The translations under genes and the position numbers were made by a program. A model generated the notes under the pieces. It had not been told where the DNA came from and searched no databases. It saw only the letters and a program-made list of their open reading frames with translations. 64,000 bases of DNA from contig NC_092672.1 in NCBI RefSeq assembly GCF_964355755.1, forward strand, positions 25,052,337 to 25,116,336, read 5' to 3'. The stretch comes from Antedon mediterranea (lineage: Eukaryota > Animalia > Echinodermata). Position 1 is the stretch's first letter, and each line of letters begins with the position of its first letter. Below, in pieces: positions 13,488 to 62,873 of this stretch.

Positions 13488-14755
13488 CATATTTTAAAAG
13501 TAAAATTTTATATTTGAGAATTTGAATTTTCAATCTATTTCATATTTTCAAGAATCTGATGAGCATGACAAGTTAACAATATGAATTGCATTACATTAGA
13601 TTCAAAAGAAATCATCATTATCAAATATGGAGAAAAGAGGGACTTGCCTTCATTTTAAAATTAGTTTGTCATAACATGTTTATATACAGCCATGAAAAAG
13701 AGGAATTCCAATACCAAAAATATAAAAAGATGGGAATTATAATTGAATGAATAGAGCACTCAAACAGACAGAGGAAACATTTTTGTTTTTGGTTATGCAT
13801 TTTGTTTACCTTCAATACCCACATTCTGGGTTTCAGTAGTACATTTATATTTTCAGTTCATATTTTATGCATACAAAATTGAGAACCACCAATTCATCAC
13901 CATTTCCACTTACATTAAAGCAATAATTATTATTATAGTATTTTTTTATGATGAACTATTATAATTTTATTTAAAGCAATTTCAGATAAAAGCTATGCAT
14001 AGAAATCTTTTGAATTGCAATAAATAAACACATGACCTTTTTGTACGACAATTAGAAAAAGCATTATAGTGAACAAAAACTATGATGCCAAGTTGGTACT
14101 CTTGGCAGAAATTTGTTTAAGGATTGTTGTATTTTCTTGAAAAATCAGTAGATCAGAAATATTTAAAAAACAATAATTAAAATGAAGTTGCAACAATTTT
14201 AATATCATTTATTAGTATAGGAATGTACAAAAGCCCTAAACTCATACTTACAGTGAGAGCTCACACATTTAATTTTACATACACATGCACTTGAAAATAA
14301 AAGTTACACAATGATGACACATTATCATCAAAACAAATGTAAATGTACTTTACATTATTTGTTTCTCCACTTAACTGTTTTCATAGTCACATATTCTCAT
14401 TTATATGGGACTGTTTTGTACTACAATTCTTTATGCTGTTATCAAAATGACTTTATACTATACTGCAATATTTACATTGATCTTCTGTTCTGGTAAAGTA
14501 GACCCTATCATAGAGGCTTACACTATGTATATCAAGGTCTACTCGCCCTAATTTGGCCAACATTTTCGGCCACGAAACATTAATTACAATACTAAAAATT
14601 TGCGCCACCTTAATTCTGTAGTATTTGTCCAATGTATTTCAAGAACGAATTCTGCTCATTATAATATTTTTAATTCATTTCCACGTCTGTTCATAACTTG
14701 CCTCCAAATGTTAAAGATAGTCTAGTTAGTTTTAGATTGTTTTCCCTTTCTTCAT

Positions 14756-15430
14756 TTACCTCCGCCAAGGAGGTATATGTAATCGGTAGCGTGTGTTTGT
14801 TTGTTTGTTTGTTAGCAGGATTACTCAAAAAATAATTACCATATCTTTACCAAAATGAATAGACAGATAGATATGTGGTCAAGGACCATTCCATTAAATT
14901 TTGGGACCATTTGGGACCACAGTCCCAATTCTGGACCACTTTTTAGTATACTTTTTTAGACCTGCTAGTGTTAAAAGATAGGACAGAATTCTTAAAGTAA
15001 CAAGTAAACTGAAATTGCATTTTCTCGAGAACTACTTGTCCAAAAAACTTCATTTTTGAACAAGAGACAAGAGTTATAATTTGTGATTTGTAATTTTAAA
15101 ACATAATTTGATTTAATGTGCACGTTTTTTGTTGCGAGTAGTTTAAAAAACCTATTTCTTTTCAAATTCACTCGTTTGATTTTCGCGTTGCTGTTCTATT
15201 GTTAGTCAACGGAAGCTATTGTTAGTCAACGGAAGCTATTGTTAATTGAAAGGCTTGTTAATACATAACCATTACACCAAACTCGCATACACATGCTTGT
15301 AATGAAATTAGCCTAAATCACAAACAGCATTAAGACACACACAAATATATATATTTTTTTACCGGAGAAATCTTATGTAGGAGAATTTTACAGTACGTGG
15401 AGGTATGCACTCTCGGAGTGTCTTTCTAGT
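14756..15430 (+). mobile_element. Helentron-associated (DINE-1/HINE-like) element
   Basis: 5' ttacctccgccaaggaggta inverted repeat, (GTTT)n tract, 3' ggaggta subTIR, hairpin cactctcggagtg and ctagtt end. Confidence 0.8.
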
Positions 15431-16112
15431 TTATATATTCACTTAAGAAAAACTTGCCTCAAATACCTGTCTGAACTCAATGAAATGTGAAATGTTATTT
15501 TAAACTGTTTTTCTGTATTTAAGTTTATTTAATTTTTACACTTTAGGGGTGTCATACTTTATTTCATCGTTCACACCAACAGTTGATTGAATGTAATGTT
15601 TAAATATTATCTACTCAACAAAAATATGTTCCATTTGTATAATGTATAGTAATACATTAATAAACCTTACATTATTCTTTCTTTGCGCATGTAAATACCT
15701 TATAAAGTATGAATACACATGTGGTTGATAACCACAATAAAATAAAATATAGATAAATTGGCCAGACATGACATACATGTTCTTTTAATTTTAATTGGTA
15801 CACATACTGGCCCACATCTTTCTGTTTCACTACATCATACTGGTCCTGCCAGTTGAATCTATTTCTACAGAGCAATCTCACTATTTAAACAAATTCCGAA
15901 ACTTATTTAAAAGGTGAGATTCTATGGTGTTTTCTGTCTGCAAATAACTTTCTGAATTCCAATAATTCAGACATCAATGAATAAAAATAAACAAGAAATA
16001 ATTTTTACTGTAAAAAAGACTTTCTGAGATAACAGTTTTAATTATTGTTCTTTCTTCATTAAATGATATTTTTTAAATTGATATTCTATTTAATAATTTA
16101 AGAAATAAAGAT

Positions 16113-17710
16113 TTATTAGGTGATCATTTTTAGAATAAAATGATCACCTATTGTTATTGTACAAAATCTTTATTGTTATTATTGTTATTATTCTTCTTTC
16201 TGTACACTTTTTGTTCGTCAAATATCTCAAAAAGTTGAATAACAATGATCACAAAAATTTCACAATGTCTTTCAAATACTTTAACTTAGCCATAATAAGC
16301 TTTTCAGCGTGATCACTCAACCGTGACGTCACGTATACGCGATTTTGTGAAATCACAATATCAATCATATCTCCATAATTCATTATAACATATTAACGAA
16401 ATTCACAACACGTAAACTTCAGGTCAAGGGTAAAAATATTAGCAAATAAAAACGCACGCGCACGTATAGACATGCGCGTGAAATCGCGCGTTAAAAATTT
16501 AAAAGGCTCAAAATTAAGTTTTGATCAATTTAGAGCATGAATTGGGCCATTTGCGTGTTTCAAAAAATTACTGCGCAAAAACACGTTTTTGCGCGCGCGA
16601 TACTTAAAAAGCGTAAAAATACGATTTTTTTGTAGAAATCGCATTCTACTCACCATCCTTAGTACATTAACCAAATTTGAGTCAGTTCCGACTTAAAATA
16701 ACGCTATACGAGCACGTTAAAAATGACAAAATGCGCACATTTATTTCACAAAAGTTCTGAAAATGGTGAAAAATATGTCTTTTTTAAAATGAAAATAACT
16801 CTTCAGAATGCACGATGACACCTAAGTTTTTTAACTTATTCGTGAAGCCATTGAGTTGTAGATATAAATGTATATACACATTAGACGTAAAAAATGGTAT
16901 TACGTCATCAAATGGCCACTTGAATTTAACAATTAGGATTTTTTTCCGTTTTGTTTAGGTTATCACATTCAATAGAGCGCATCTCCGCTATTTGACCTCG
17001 ATTTTCGCACAAATTTCAGTGTGTGCTTGCTTAATTATTTATCTTTCTCATAAGTTGTCAGTGTTGTCATTTTGATGACGTCATCACGCGTAAAAACTTG
17101 AATAACGTAGGTCGTGTAATTTCACCTTCGCCGTAAATTTGAATATCTTACAGCTCTTCAGAATTGAAGGTTACCTTGACGATTATAATTTATTATGAAA
17201 GCTGATGAAATGTAGATATGAATTCATATAAAAACCAAGCGTATCAGATGTTGTGACGTTAACATATGGCCAGATGAAGTTAAAAAGTAGTTTTTTCATC
17301 TTTTTCGTCAAAGTTATACAAATTTCAAAGAGCGCGCACAGCGCTTCTACGTGCCAGATTCTCTTCCAATTCTTATATTTATTTGCTCAATTTATTATCT
17401 TTCGAAATTGTTATCTTTGAGTTTATTTTGATAATTTCATCATACCAAAAAATTAGAACATGATGTGGGTCCCGTAATTTCACCTATGCTACACTGTGTA
17501 TAGATATACAGTATATACTGTACATATTGTATATGGCATATAATAGGCACAACTCAGCGATATAAGATTATGCATCATGTCATAGGATGGCGTACATCAA
17601 CTTTTTACGATCGTATGTTAACGTACATGCATGTTTAAAAAATGTTAATTTCATTAAAATGATAACAATGATCACCTATAATTCGTCAAAGTGACGAATT
17701 AAATTCTAGT
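16113..17710 (+). mobile_element. Helentron-associated (DINE-1/HINE-like) element
   Basis: 5' taggtgatcatt...aatgatcaccta inverted repeat, (ATT)-rich tract, 3' aatgatcaccta, hairpin aattcgtca-aag-tgacgaatt and ctagtt end. Confidence 0.8.
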
Positions 17711-18588
17711 TATCAATTATTTTTGTTTAAAAATCAGTAGTAAACATTTTGTGTAACATAAATATAGTTTAAATTACTATAGACTATAGTACTATGCATA
17801 TTCTTAGTGGCATTACTCCCTAAGGTTGGAGTGACCCACTCATACCCACAAACATTTCAGTGAACAAAAAATGTATAATTTTCCATGAGCCTTCGTTGTA
17901 CAGCAGCAGCCGACAAACATACACACTAATCAAACAATTGTCATCTATATACACCCCATTCGGCAAAAATATTTACCATAGAGAAAGGATTGTTTTGACC
18001 ATTATTCAATGATATGATGGTAATTATACTTGGCCTCTATGTTGACAGCCAAAACACAGTTATTGTTTATTGAACATAGGTCTTACAAACTAATGTCTGC
18101 ATACTGTACATATCTCAAAGACCCTATGTGCACATGCCCAGTTTGAGTTTACAAATTCCCATTTATACTTTCTTACCAGACGTGCTTTGGGGTGTGCTCA
18201 TGCCCAGTTTGTGTTTCTAAATACCCATTTTTTCAGCCTCAGTAATCTATTATAAGCTTCTGCATGGCTAATGCTTCCGTTCTCTTGAATGTAACTGCCT
18301 AAAGGACTGGTGCGAAAATTATTGTTTACTTTTGAAAATTAACTTTTTTATTTATTTATTTACTGAAGTATAAAAAATGTTGATGGGATAAGAATATAAT
18401 TATGGAACATACAGCACGTCTTTATTTGTTTATTGGTATACTCCTGGTGAGCATGGTCTACTATGAAAGTTTTAGCCTCAGTGAATATTATTCACATCCT
18501 ATACACAATATATTGAACTTTTTGTCTTCAATGTTCATCAAAATAATATATTAATATCAGATTATTTATTTTTGATTTAAATTAGTTA

Positions 18589-20279
18589 CCGTATATTTCG
18601 GTGTATAAGTCGCACCTGTGTATAAGACGCACCCCCTAACTGAGAGTAAAATATCGGTATTTTTTATATCGTCGGTGTATAAGACGCACCTTATATTTCA
18701 TCAAATCAATGTTTTTTTAAATTGTAATCAATATTATTGTAATAATATATTTTGTTATATCTGCAACGGCGTCCTTTATTTAGGTTTTTTCTTACCTAGG
18801 CTCGGCCGCGCCCAGCCTCAACATCGAGTGCATGACCATGTGTGTATACACGTACATATGTGTGCTAGCCTCGCTCGATCATTTCGAGAGGGCGGACGTT
18901 TTCACGGACAATCGTATTCGATTAGTATCCATGTATCTAAGAAGTGTATACGCTAGGTCCATGCTATAATCACCTGGAGAATATACTAGTCGAATACCGT
19001 ACACCATGTGGCCGCGCGCCAAGAAGGGCTTGCGCTGGGGGTACGGCGATCGTGCGTATAACTACTGTATAAATAAATACTATTCCAATCGTACGTAAAC
19101 GTTTACAAATTAAATTTTATCGCCATAATGAACAAATCTTTTCATCATATTTTTAGTATAACATCATGCTAAAATGGGGTGTGTAGAAAGCGACGACCTC
19201 GAATTGGACGACCCCAACGACCCGGGCGACCTCGAATTGGACGACCTAGAATTGGACGACCCATCACACGAAACCGACGACCCCTATAGCCTAGTCTAGC
19301 CTACGCCTAAGTGTGGTATAACATCCCGAAGCCGAACATAGCCAAAGATCTTTAAACCATACCTTATATAATACTCGCAAGCAAGCAATTGATTGAAAAA
19401 ATACAGAAATATTGCCATTTGATACTGAATGTGTCGACACGAACAAATGAACAGATATGGAACGCCAAGAGTGCATCATTAAAACTGCATTCGACATATT
19501 AAAAATAAATTAAAAAGAAATAAATATTATACATTACATGGTTAAACCATGGACGTATAATTGCATCTCTTCTTCTTATAACGAACACTATAGGGCTACC
19601 AAGCAGCGTGTTGTGAACATGTGCATGAGGAGGGCCATAAGAAAGCTTTACATTTCACACATGCATTGTATACTGTCAAACCTTACCCGCCGCTGAAAAG
19701 GGGGCCGTTTTGACCAGGTTTGCCATGTTTATGATATTTCGTGTGCTAATCGAGTCGAATGCAGTTTTAATGATGCACTCTTGGCGTTCCATATCTGTTC
19801 GTTTGTTCGTGTCGACACATTCAGTATCAATATTCTGTATTTTTTCAATCAATTGCTTGCTTGCGATAAGATATGGTTTAAAGATCTTTGGCTATGTTCG
19901 GCTTCGGGATGTTATACCACACTTAGGCCTAGGCTAGGCTATAGGGGTCGTCGGTTTCGTGTTATGGGTCGTCCAATTCTAGGTCGTCCAATTCGAGGTC
20001 GCCCGGGTCGTTGGGTCGTCCAATTCGAGGTCGTCGCTTTCTACACACCCTGCTAAAATGCCTTGAAAACTAGGCAGAAGCAGGTTGCCGTTACGTTAGT
20101 TAGTTACTTTAGCTAGGCCTAGCCTACTCAGGCCTAGCAAACGAGGTGACGATAGGCCTAGGCTAGGCATATGTACAATCTGTGTGGTGAGGCATTTATG
20201 TTCGGTGTATAAGACGCACCCTTAATTTAGAGGTCAAATTTGCGTGTCAAAAGTGCGACTTATACACCGAAATATACGG
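18589..20279 (+). mobile_element. Tc2/pogo-like (Tc1/mariner) MITE, copy 1, carrying a nested element
   Basis: TA|ccgtatatttcggtgtataagtcgcac ... gtgcgacttatacaccgaaatatacgg|TA, with subterminal gtgtataagacgcac repeats. Confidence 0.9.
19177..20050. mobile_element. Mutator/foldback-like element with ~300-bp TIRs
   Basis: gggtgtgtagaaagcgacgacc.../...ggtcgtcgctttctacacaccc; 9-10-bp TSD tgctaaaatg; the empty site is visible in MITE copy 2 near 61965-61980. Confidence 0.9.
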
Positions 20280-20740
20280 TATATAGGATTTATATAATTT
20301 TTTATTAGATAATTGTTAGTTGCATTAAATTTGTTTGAAATGTCAGTATGTATACATATGAATAAATAATGTTTATTATTTCTTTTATAATTATTGTATA
20401 ATGTCTTTTCCAGTGATTGTTTTTGTTATATCCTTGAAATAAAAAGAATATAATATTTTTTTGGGTGTAAATTTTAATCATTTTAATAAGTCAATTCAAT
20501 AAATATAAAACACAAATAATAAAGATGTTATAAAATCTATTAAAATGTATAAATTTTAATATTTTTTACATTGATATGATTTGTTTGGCATCAGCCAAAC
20601 CTTCACCCACCCAGGCTTGAGCTATCCAGGGAGGTATGAAAATGGTCATGGTATTTCTAAAAACTTTAAAAAATGAAAACATGTTTATACATATCTGTTA
20701 TGTGGTTCAAAAAGATGTCTACAATTAACTTGTTTATCTA

Positions 20741-20845
20741 TTTTAGTCGTGTGCAACGTGACTCTACAGCTCACTATGTTGGTCGGTCTGTAAACACTAA
20801 CTCAAATTTGCGCACACGACTGCAGCCATGTATATGGCCTTGTTT
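20741..20845 (+). mobile_element. Minimal (~105-bp) DINE/Helentron-like element
   Basis: ttttagtcgtgtg..gtgact, a short GTC-type tract, cacacgact subTIR, hairpin gccatgtatatggc and cttgtttt end. Confidence 0.6.
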
Positions 20846-21518
20846 TTTTATCAGATTAAACTCAACATTAATATTGTTACAATCAATATTTAGACTAATG
20901 TGTGTACGTCAAACCTCTTGAAACGGACAATGTTTTGTTGGTACACTAACAAATCTTTCTTTAGAATAGTGCAGACCATTATCTCTGATAATATAAAATA
21001 ATAGATTTGCATTACATACAAAATAATATTCCATGTGCAAGGCTTCCAATTGAAATGAAAGTACCAAAGCAATCGATAAAATAGGATATGCTACACTCAC
21101 AATAACTTGTACTAGCTAATGCCACCATCACACCATAGAGCAATGAACTAAGGATAATTTAAATATATTAAAGTTTAAACATGCCCCTGAAAGTAAAAGT
21201 TTGTACACCAAACCAATCCAGTAATTTAATATTTAAACAATATTAAATTAAAAAAAAGTTAAATAATTTAAATACCAGGCAACAACAATTTTATATAAAA
21301 ACTGGAATAATAATAAAAATGTATACAAAAGTAGAAATAAAATTTAAAAAAGCTAATTTGATAGTATTTGTGTGCATTGCGTATATGATCACACACACAG
21401 CAAATACAAGTTACAAATTGAATTTGAAAATTGACACTTAATGGATGTATAATTATATAAAATATTAATTAACCAATAAATATGTAAAAGATGTAACTTG
21501 TATGATTTTATATTTTAG

Positions 21519-58377
<36,859 letters not shown>

Positions 58378-58449
58378 GCAATTCCACTTCTATCCAAGCA
58401 GACAATTGAAAGAGTACCACAAACATGTGAAAATATCAAGACAATACTA

Positions 58450-59467
58450 TTGCCATGCAAGGCAACCGAACGAGTAGGGTACCGTAACCAAAACGAGTAT
58501 CATTACCATGCAAGACAACCAAACAAGTAGGGTACTATAACCAAAACGAGTATCATTACCATGCGAGAAAACCAAACGAGTAGGGTACCGTAACCAAAAC
58601 GAATATCATTACTATGCGAGACAACCAAACAAGTAGGGTACCGTAACCAAAACTATTATCATTACCATACGAGAAAACCAAACGAGTAGGGTACCGTAAC
58701 TAAAACGAGTATCATTACCATGCAAGACAACCAAACAATTAGGGTACCGTAACTAAAACGAGTATCATTACCATGCGAGACAACTAAACAAGTAGGGTAT
58801 CGTAACCAAAACGAGTATCATTACCATGCGAGACAACCAAACGAGTAGGGTACCGTAACCAAAACGAGTATCATTACCATGCGAGACAACCAAACGAGTA
58901 GGGTACCGTAACCAAAACGAGTATCATTACCATGCGAGACAACCAAACGAGTAGGGTACCGTAACTAAAACGAGTATCATTACCATGCGAGACAACTAAA
59001 CAAGTAGGGTATCGTAACCAAAACGAGTATCGTTACCATGCAAGACAACCAAACGAGTAGGGTACCGTAACCAAAACGAGTATCATTACCATGCAAGACA
59101 ACCAAACAAGTAGGGTACCGTAACCAAAACGAGTATCATTAATATACGAGACAAACAAAGGAGTAGGGTACCGTAACAAAAACGAGTATCATTACCATAC
59201 GAGAAAACCAAACGAGTAGGGTAGGGTACCGTAACCAAAACGAGTATCATTACCATACGAGACAAACAAACGAGTAGGGTACTGAACCAAAAACGAGTAT
59301 CATTACCATGCGAGACAACCAAACGAGTGGGGTACTGAACCAAAAACGAGTATCAATACCATGCGAGACAACCAAACGAGTATGGTATCGTAACCAAAAC
59401 GAGTGGGTTATCGTAACCAAAACGAGTAGGACACAGTAACCAAAACAGGTTTCATTACCATGCGAGA
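58450..59467. repeat. 53-bp minisatellite (~18 copies) just 3' of the Roco stop codon
   Basis: Unit accaaacgagtagggtaccgtaaccaaaacgagtatcattaccatgcgagaca. Confidence 0.97.
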
Positions 59468-60621
59468 CGTACATGCAAACAAATACACATTGTGTGCACA
59501 ATTTAAAAGTAAAAGACCTGCAATACCATAAGTTACAATTGTATTCATCTTTTCAGATTACGTCCATATGAAATCTTTAAAATATTGGTATGTTGCTGCT
59601 GATAACTTGACTTGGATAAATCGTATTTATTAATAATTATGGCGGCAGTACACAGCCACATGGATAGATTGGAAGTTGAAGGCAAAAAAAACATTATTTT
59701 TAGATTGATAGTTGAAACCAATCAAACTGTGGTATGTTTGTAAATATCATTCGTTTTGTATATCCTTGTTGTCCTTTCGTATAATATAAATCATGTGCAT
59801 TCCAATTTCAAACTTATTAACATTCACTTGGAAACAGAATAATGTATATATTATAAAGTGTCGATCATTTTGTATATTCTTGTTTGTATTCATTATTCAG
59901 TTAAACATAAGTTTATAAAAACCATTACTTCTTAAGATGAAATACTTTGTTTTTTTAAATATAATTAATCATTGGTGAACACTGGATTCTTGAAGGTCAT
60001 CATGTGGATGTAAAATTCACATTTCACTGAGCATTCACAACCATTAAGAATAAATCTTAGTTACAATAAGAATATTCTGCAATGACAGTCAGTTTTAATG
60101 CCAACTTTTTTTATAATTTAATTTTTTTACTGCCATATAATTAAGTTTAGTTTTTAAATGTTTGTTTTACTTTGTTTTTCTGAATAAAGAAACCTTTATA
60201 TGTTAGTCTTTAACTGTGTATGATATTCATAAATTAACAACATGTATTTTTATGTATAAATTTAATAATCATCAATTTTTCAAATTATATTCTTAATGCT
60301 AACTCCTTTTCATAACTATGATACCAGTTATTCCGATATTTACTTTTCAATTCAATTTCGTAACCGATATATGGCTAGAAATCCCATTTCTAGCCGTCCA
60401 ATCTAATGGAATGGTATTGATGCTTTTATACAACATACTTGTTATATAATCTATCCACATTTCTTGTTTTATGTAGTAAATATCATGTTTTTAATTGTTA
60501 CCGTCTTTTCTTATTTGTTTTTAAGATTGCCAAACTTTAAACATATGTCGGGATTCTATTGTGATAGTGAATCACACAATTATGCCCAGTCTCAGCTGAA
60601 ATGTGTCTATGTGTTCACAAC

Positions 60622-60652
<31 letters not shown>

Positions 60653-60876
60653 CAACTGAGGACTAGTGCTGTTCCGCCGTACCACGCCGAGAATGTTAAA
60701 GAGTCGTTATCCAATCGAGTTCGAACAATACCATGAAAGCCTCAGTGGTCTAATGGTTAGGACATCTGCATATCAAGCAGGCGGTTCGAGTCTCGGTTGG
60801 GGCGACTTTTTCTCATTCTCACCGATTTCCTCATCTTTATCGTTTCGAATTAATGTTCATTGCCTAATGTGTTTAA
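60653..60876 (+). mobile_element. tRNA-related element between (TA)n tracts
   Basis: gcctcagTGGTCTAATGGttagg...GGTTCGAGTCtcggttggggc (A and B boxes, 60739-60803) followed by ttttt. Confidence 0.6.
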
Positions 60877-61015
60877 TATATATATATATAAATCCAAAGG
60901 CAAATTACTGAAAAAAATGACAATGCTGTGGGTATCAGTGGCTGGATCTCAATGGAGATACAAAAATAAAAAGCGAAAAGCTAAATCAAAACGATAAAGT
61001 AAACAGCCAGAAAAG

Positions 61016-61057
61016 TTAGCAGAGCTTTCGGGCAACACTAGCCCTTCATCAGTGCAA
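61016..61057 (-). ncRNA. Minimal type I hammerhead ribozyme motif of a Penelope-like terminal repeat
   Basis: Minus strand: UUGCA-CUGAUGA-A-GGGC uaguguu GCCC-GAAA-GCUC-UGCUAA (conserved core, stem II, palindromic AGCU stem III, UC site). Confidence 0.7.
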
Positions 61058-61746
61058 GTGAAGGAATTTGGATAATGTCAGAGTATAAAGCTGGCAAGTG
61101 CTCCCTGGGTGGACAGGAATAAAAGAAATATATATATATATATATTCTAAAAAGAGAGATGGAACAAATAAACTGAAACAAAAACTTATTAAATCAAAAG
61201 AAAGTAAAACATGCAAACTAGATTGAAAATGAAAGCCATTTATTATACGATTGTACAGCAGCTAATATGTTATGATACCATATTATAATAGGAATCAATT
61301 TATAAAATGTAGTGTTAACTGTCTCTGTCGGTTATTTTGTACTCCAAAGCGGATGTATTTTGTGATTTAGTTTTATTACGAAAGGAAAATTATATAACAC
61401 ATTTTCAATATTTTTATATCACTATTTTGAATTTAAAGTATCTAATTTACAGTACTAAATTGTTTATATTTGTATGATAAAATATTATAAATGAATAAAA
61501 GCGGGATGATATTTCCATGAAATATTTTTAAATACCGTGATAATAATTTGTATATTTTGAGCTTAATTCATTTTAAATCTGTGTCGTTGTATTACATCCG
61601 GGTCTCTTTGGTTGCCGTTTAAATATCACGTCATCATTCATCATCATTGCCGTTCGTGTTCATTATCATTGTCACTATCGTCATTATTATCAAATCATTC
61701 CAGTTTTTCAGGTAAATTCAATTTTTGTCAAAGTGGATAACTATTA

Positions 61747-62663
61747 CCGTATATTTCGGTGTATAAGTCGCACTTTTGACACACAAATTTGACCTCTAAA
61801 TTAAGGGTGCGTCTTATACACTGAACATAAATGCCTCACCACACAGATTGTACATCACCTATGTCATCACCTATAGATAGGCTATCGTCACCTCGTTTGC
61901 TAGGTTAGGCCTAGCTACAGTAACTAACTAACGTAACGGCAACCTGCTTCTGCCTAGTTTTCAAGGCATTTTAGCATGATGTTATACTAAATATGATGAA
62001 AAGATTTGTTCATTATGGCACTCCGATAAAATTTCATTTGTAAACGTTTACGTACGATTGGAATAGTATTTATTTATACAGTAGTTATACGCACGATCGC
62101 CGTACCCCCAGTGCAAGCCCTTTCTTGGCGGCCACATGGTGTATTTATAGTTATACGCACGACCGCCGTCCCCTTAGCCTAGCGCAAGCCCTTCTTGGCG
62201 GCCACATGGTGTACGGTATTCGATTAGTATATTTTCCAGTTGATTATAGCATGGACCTAGCGTATACACTTCTCGGATACATAGATACTAATCGAATACG
62301 ATTGTCCGTGAAAACGTGCGCCCTCTCGAAATGATCGAGCGAGGCTAGCCCACACACGTACGTGTTACACACACGGTCATGCACTCGATGTTGCGGCGAA
62401 ACTCATGAATAACAAGTTAGAAAGAACTTGTTGAGGCTGGGCGCGGCCGAGCCTAGGTATGAAAAAACCTAAATAAAGGACGCCGTTGTAGATATAACAA
62501 AATATATTATTACAATAATATTGATTACAATTTAAAAAAACATGGTTTTGATGAAAAATAAGGTGCGTCTTATACATCGACGATATAAAAAATACCGATA
62601 TTTTACTCCCAGTTAGGGGGTGCGTCTTATACACAGGTGCGACTTATACACCGAAATATACAG
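61747..62663 (-). mobile_element. Tc2/pogo-like MITE, copy 2 (inverted, no nested insertion)
   Basis: Same TIRs and TA TSD as 18589-20279; colinear reverse-complement match. Confidence 0.9.
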
Positions 62664-62873
62664 TAATGTGACATTAAAATGGCATATGTAATTAACGTGG
62701 CCAAAATTACATTTCGATGATTATGTTGACACCTTAAATAATGAACAAAATATATATTGCGATATTAATTTGATTAAAAAATCAGGATTAGGATATGACA
62801 TTAAACAAAATTTAAAAAAAATGTTATCACCACTTAATACGAAACGATCTGGGAAGACAACTTTAGCTTATGG

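Noticed and set aside
18618-20056. ORFs 18618-18956, 19291-19497, 19710-19937, 19781-20056 (and 62125-62634)
   Set aside because: They lie inside MITEs, mirror each other through TIRs or duplicate copies, and have no transposase motifs.
20595-20633. Possible upstream 39-nt exon of the Roco gene (PNLHPPRLELSRE)
   Set aside because: It has AG/GT boundaries but no ankyrin similarity or other support.
58450-59467. CRISPR-like array and ORFs 59086-59343 and 59250-59501
   Set aside because: Units are near-identical with no unique spacers, there are no cas genes, and the context is eukaryotic; the ORFs are repeat translations.
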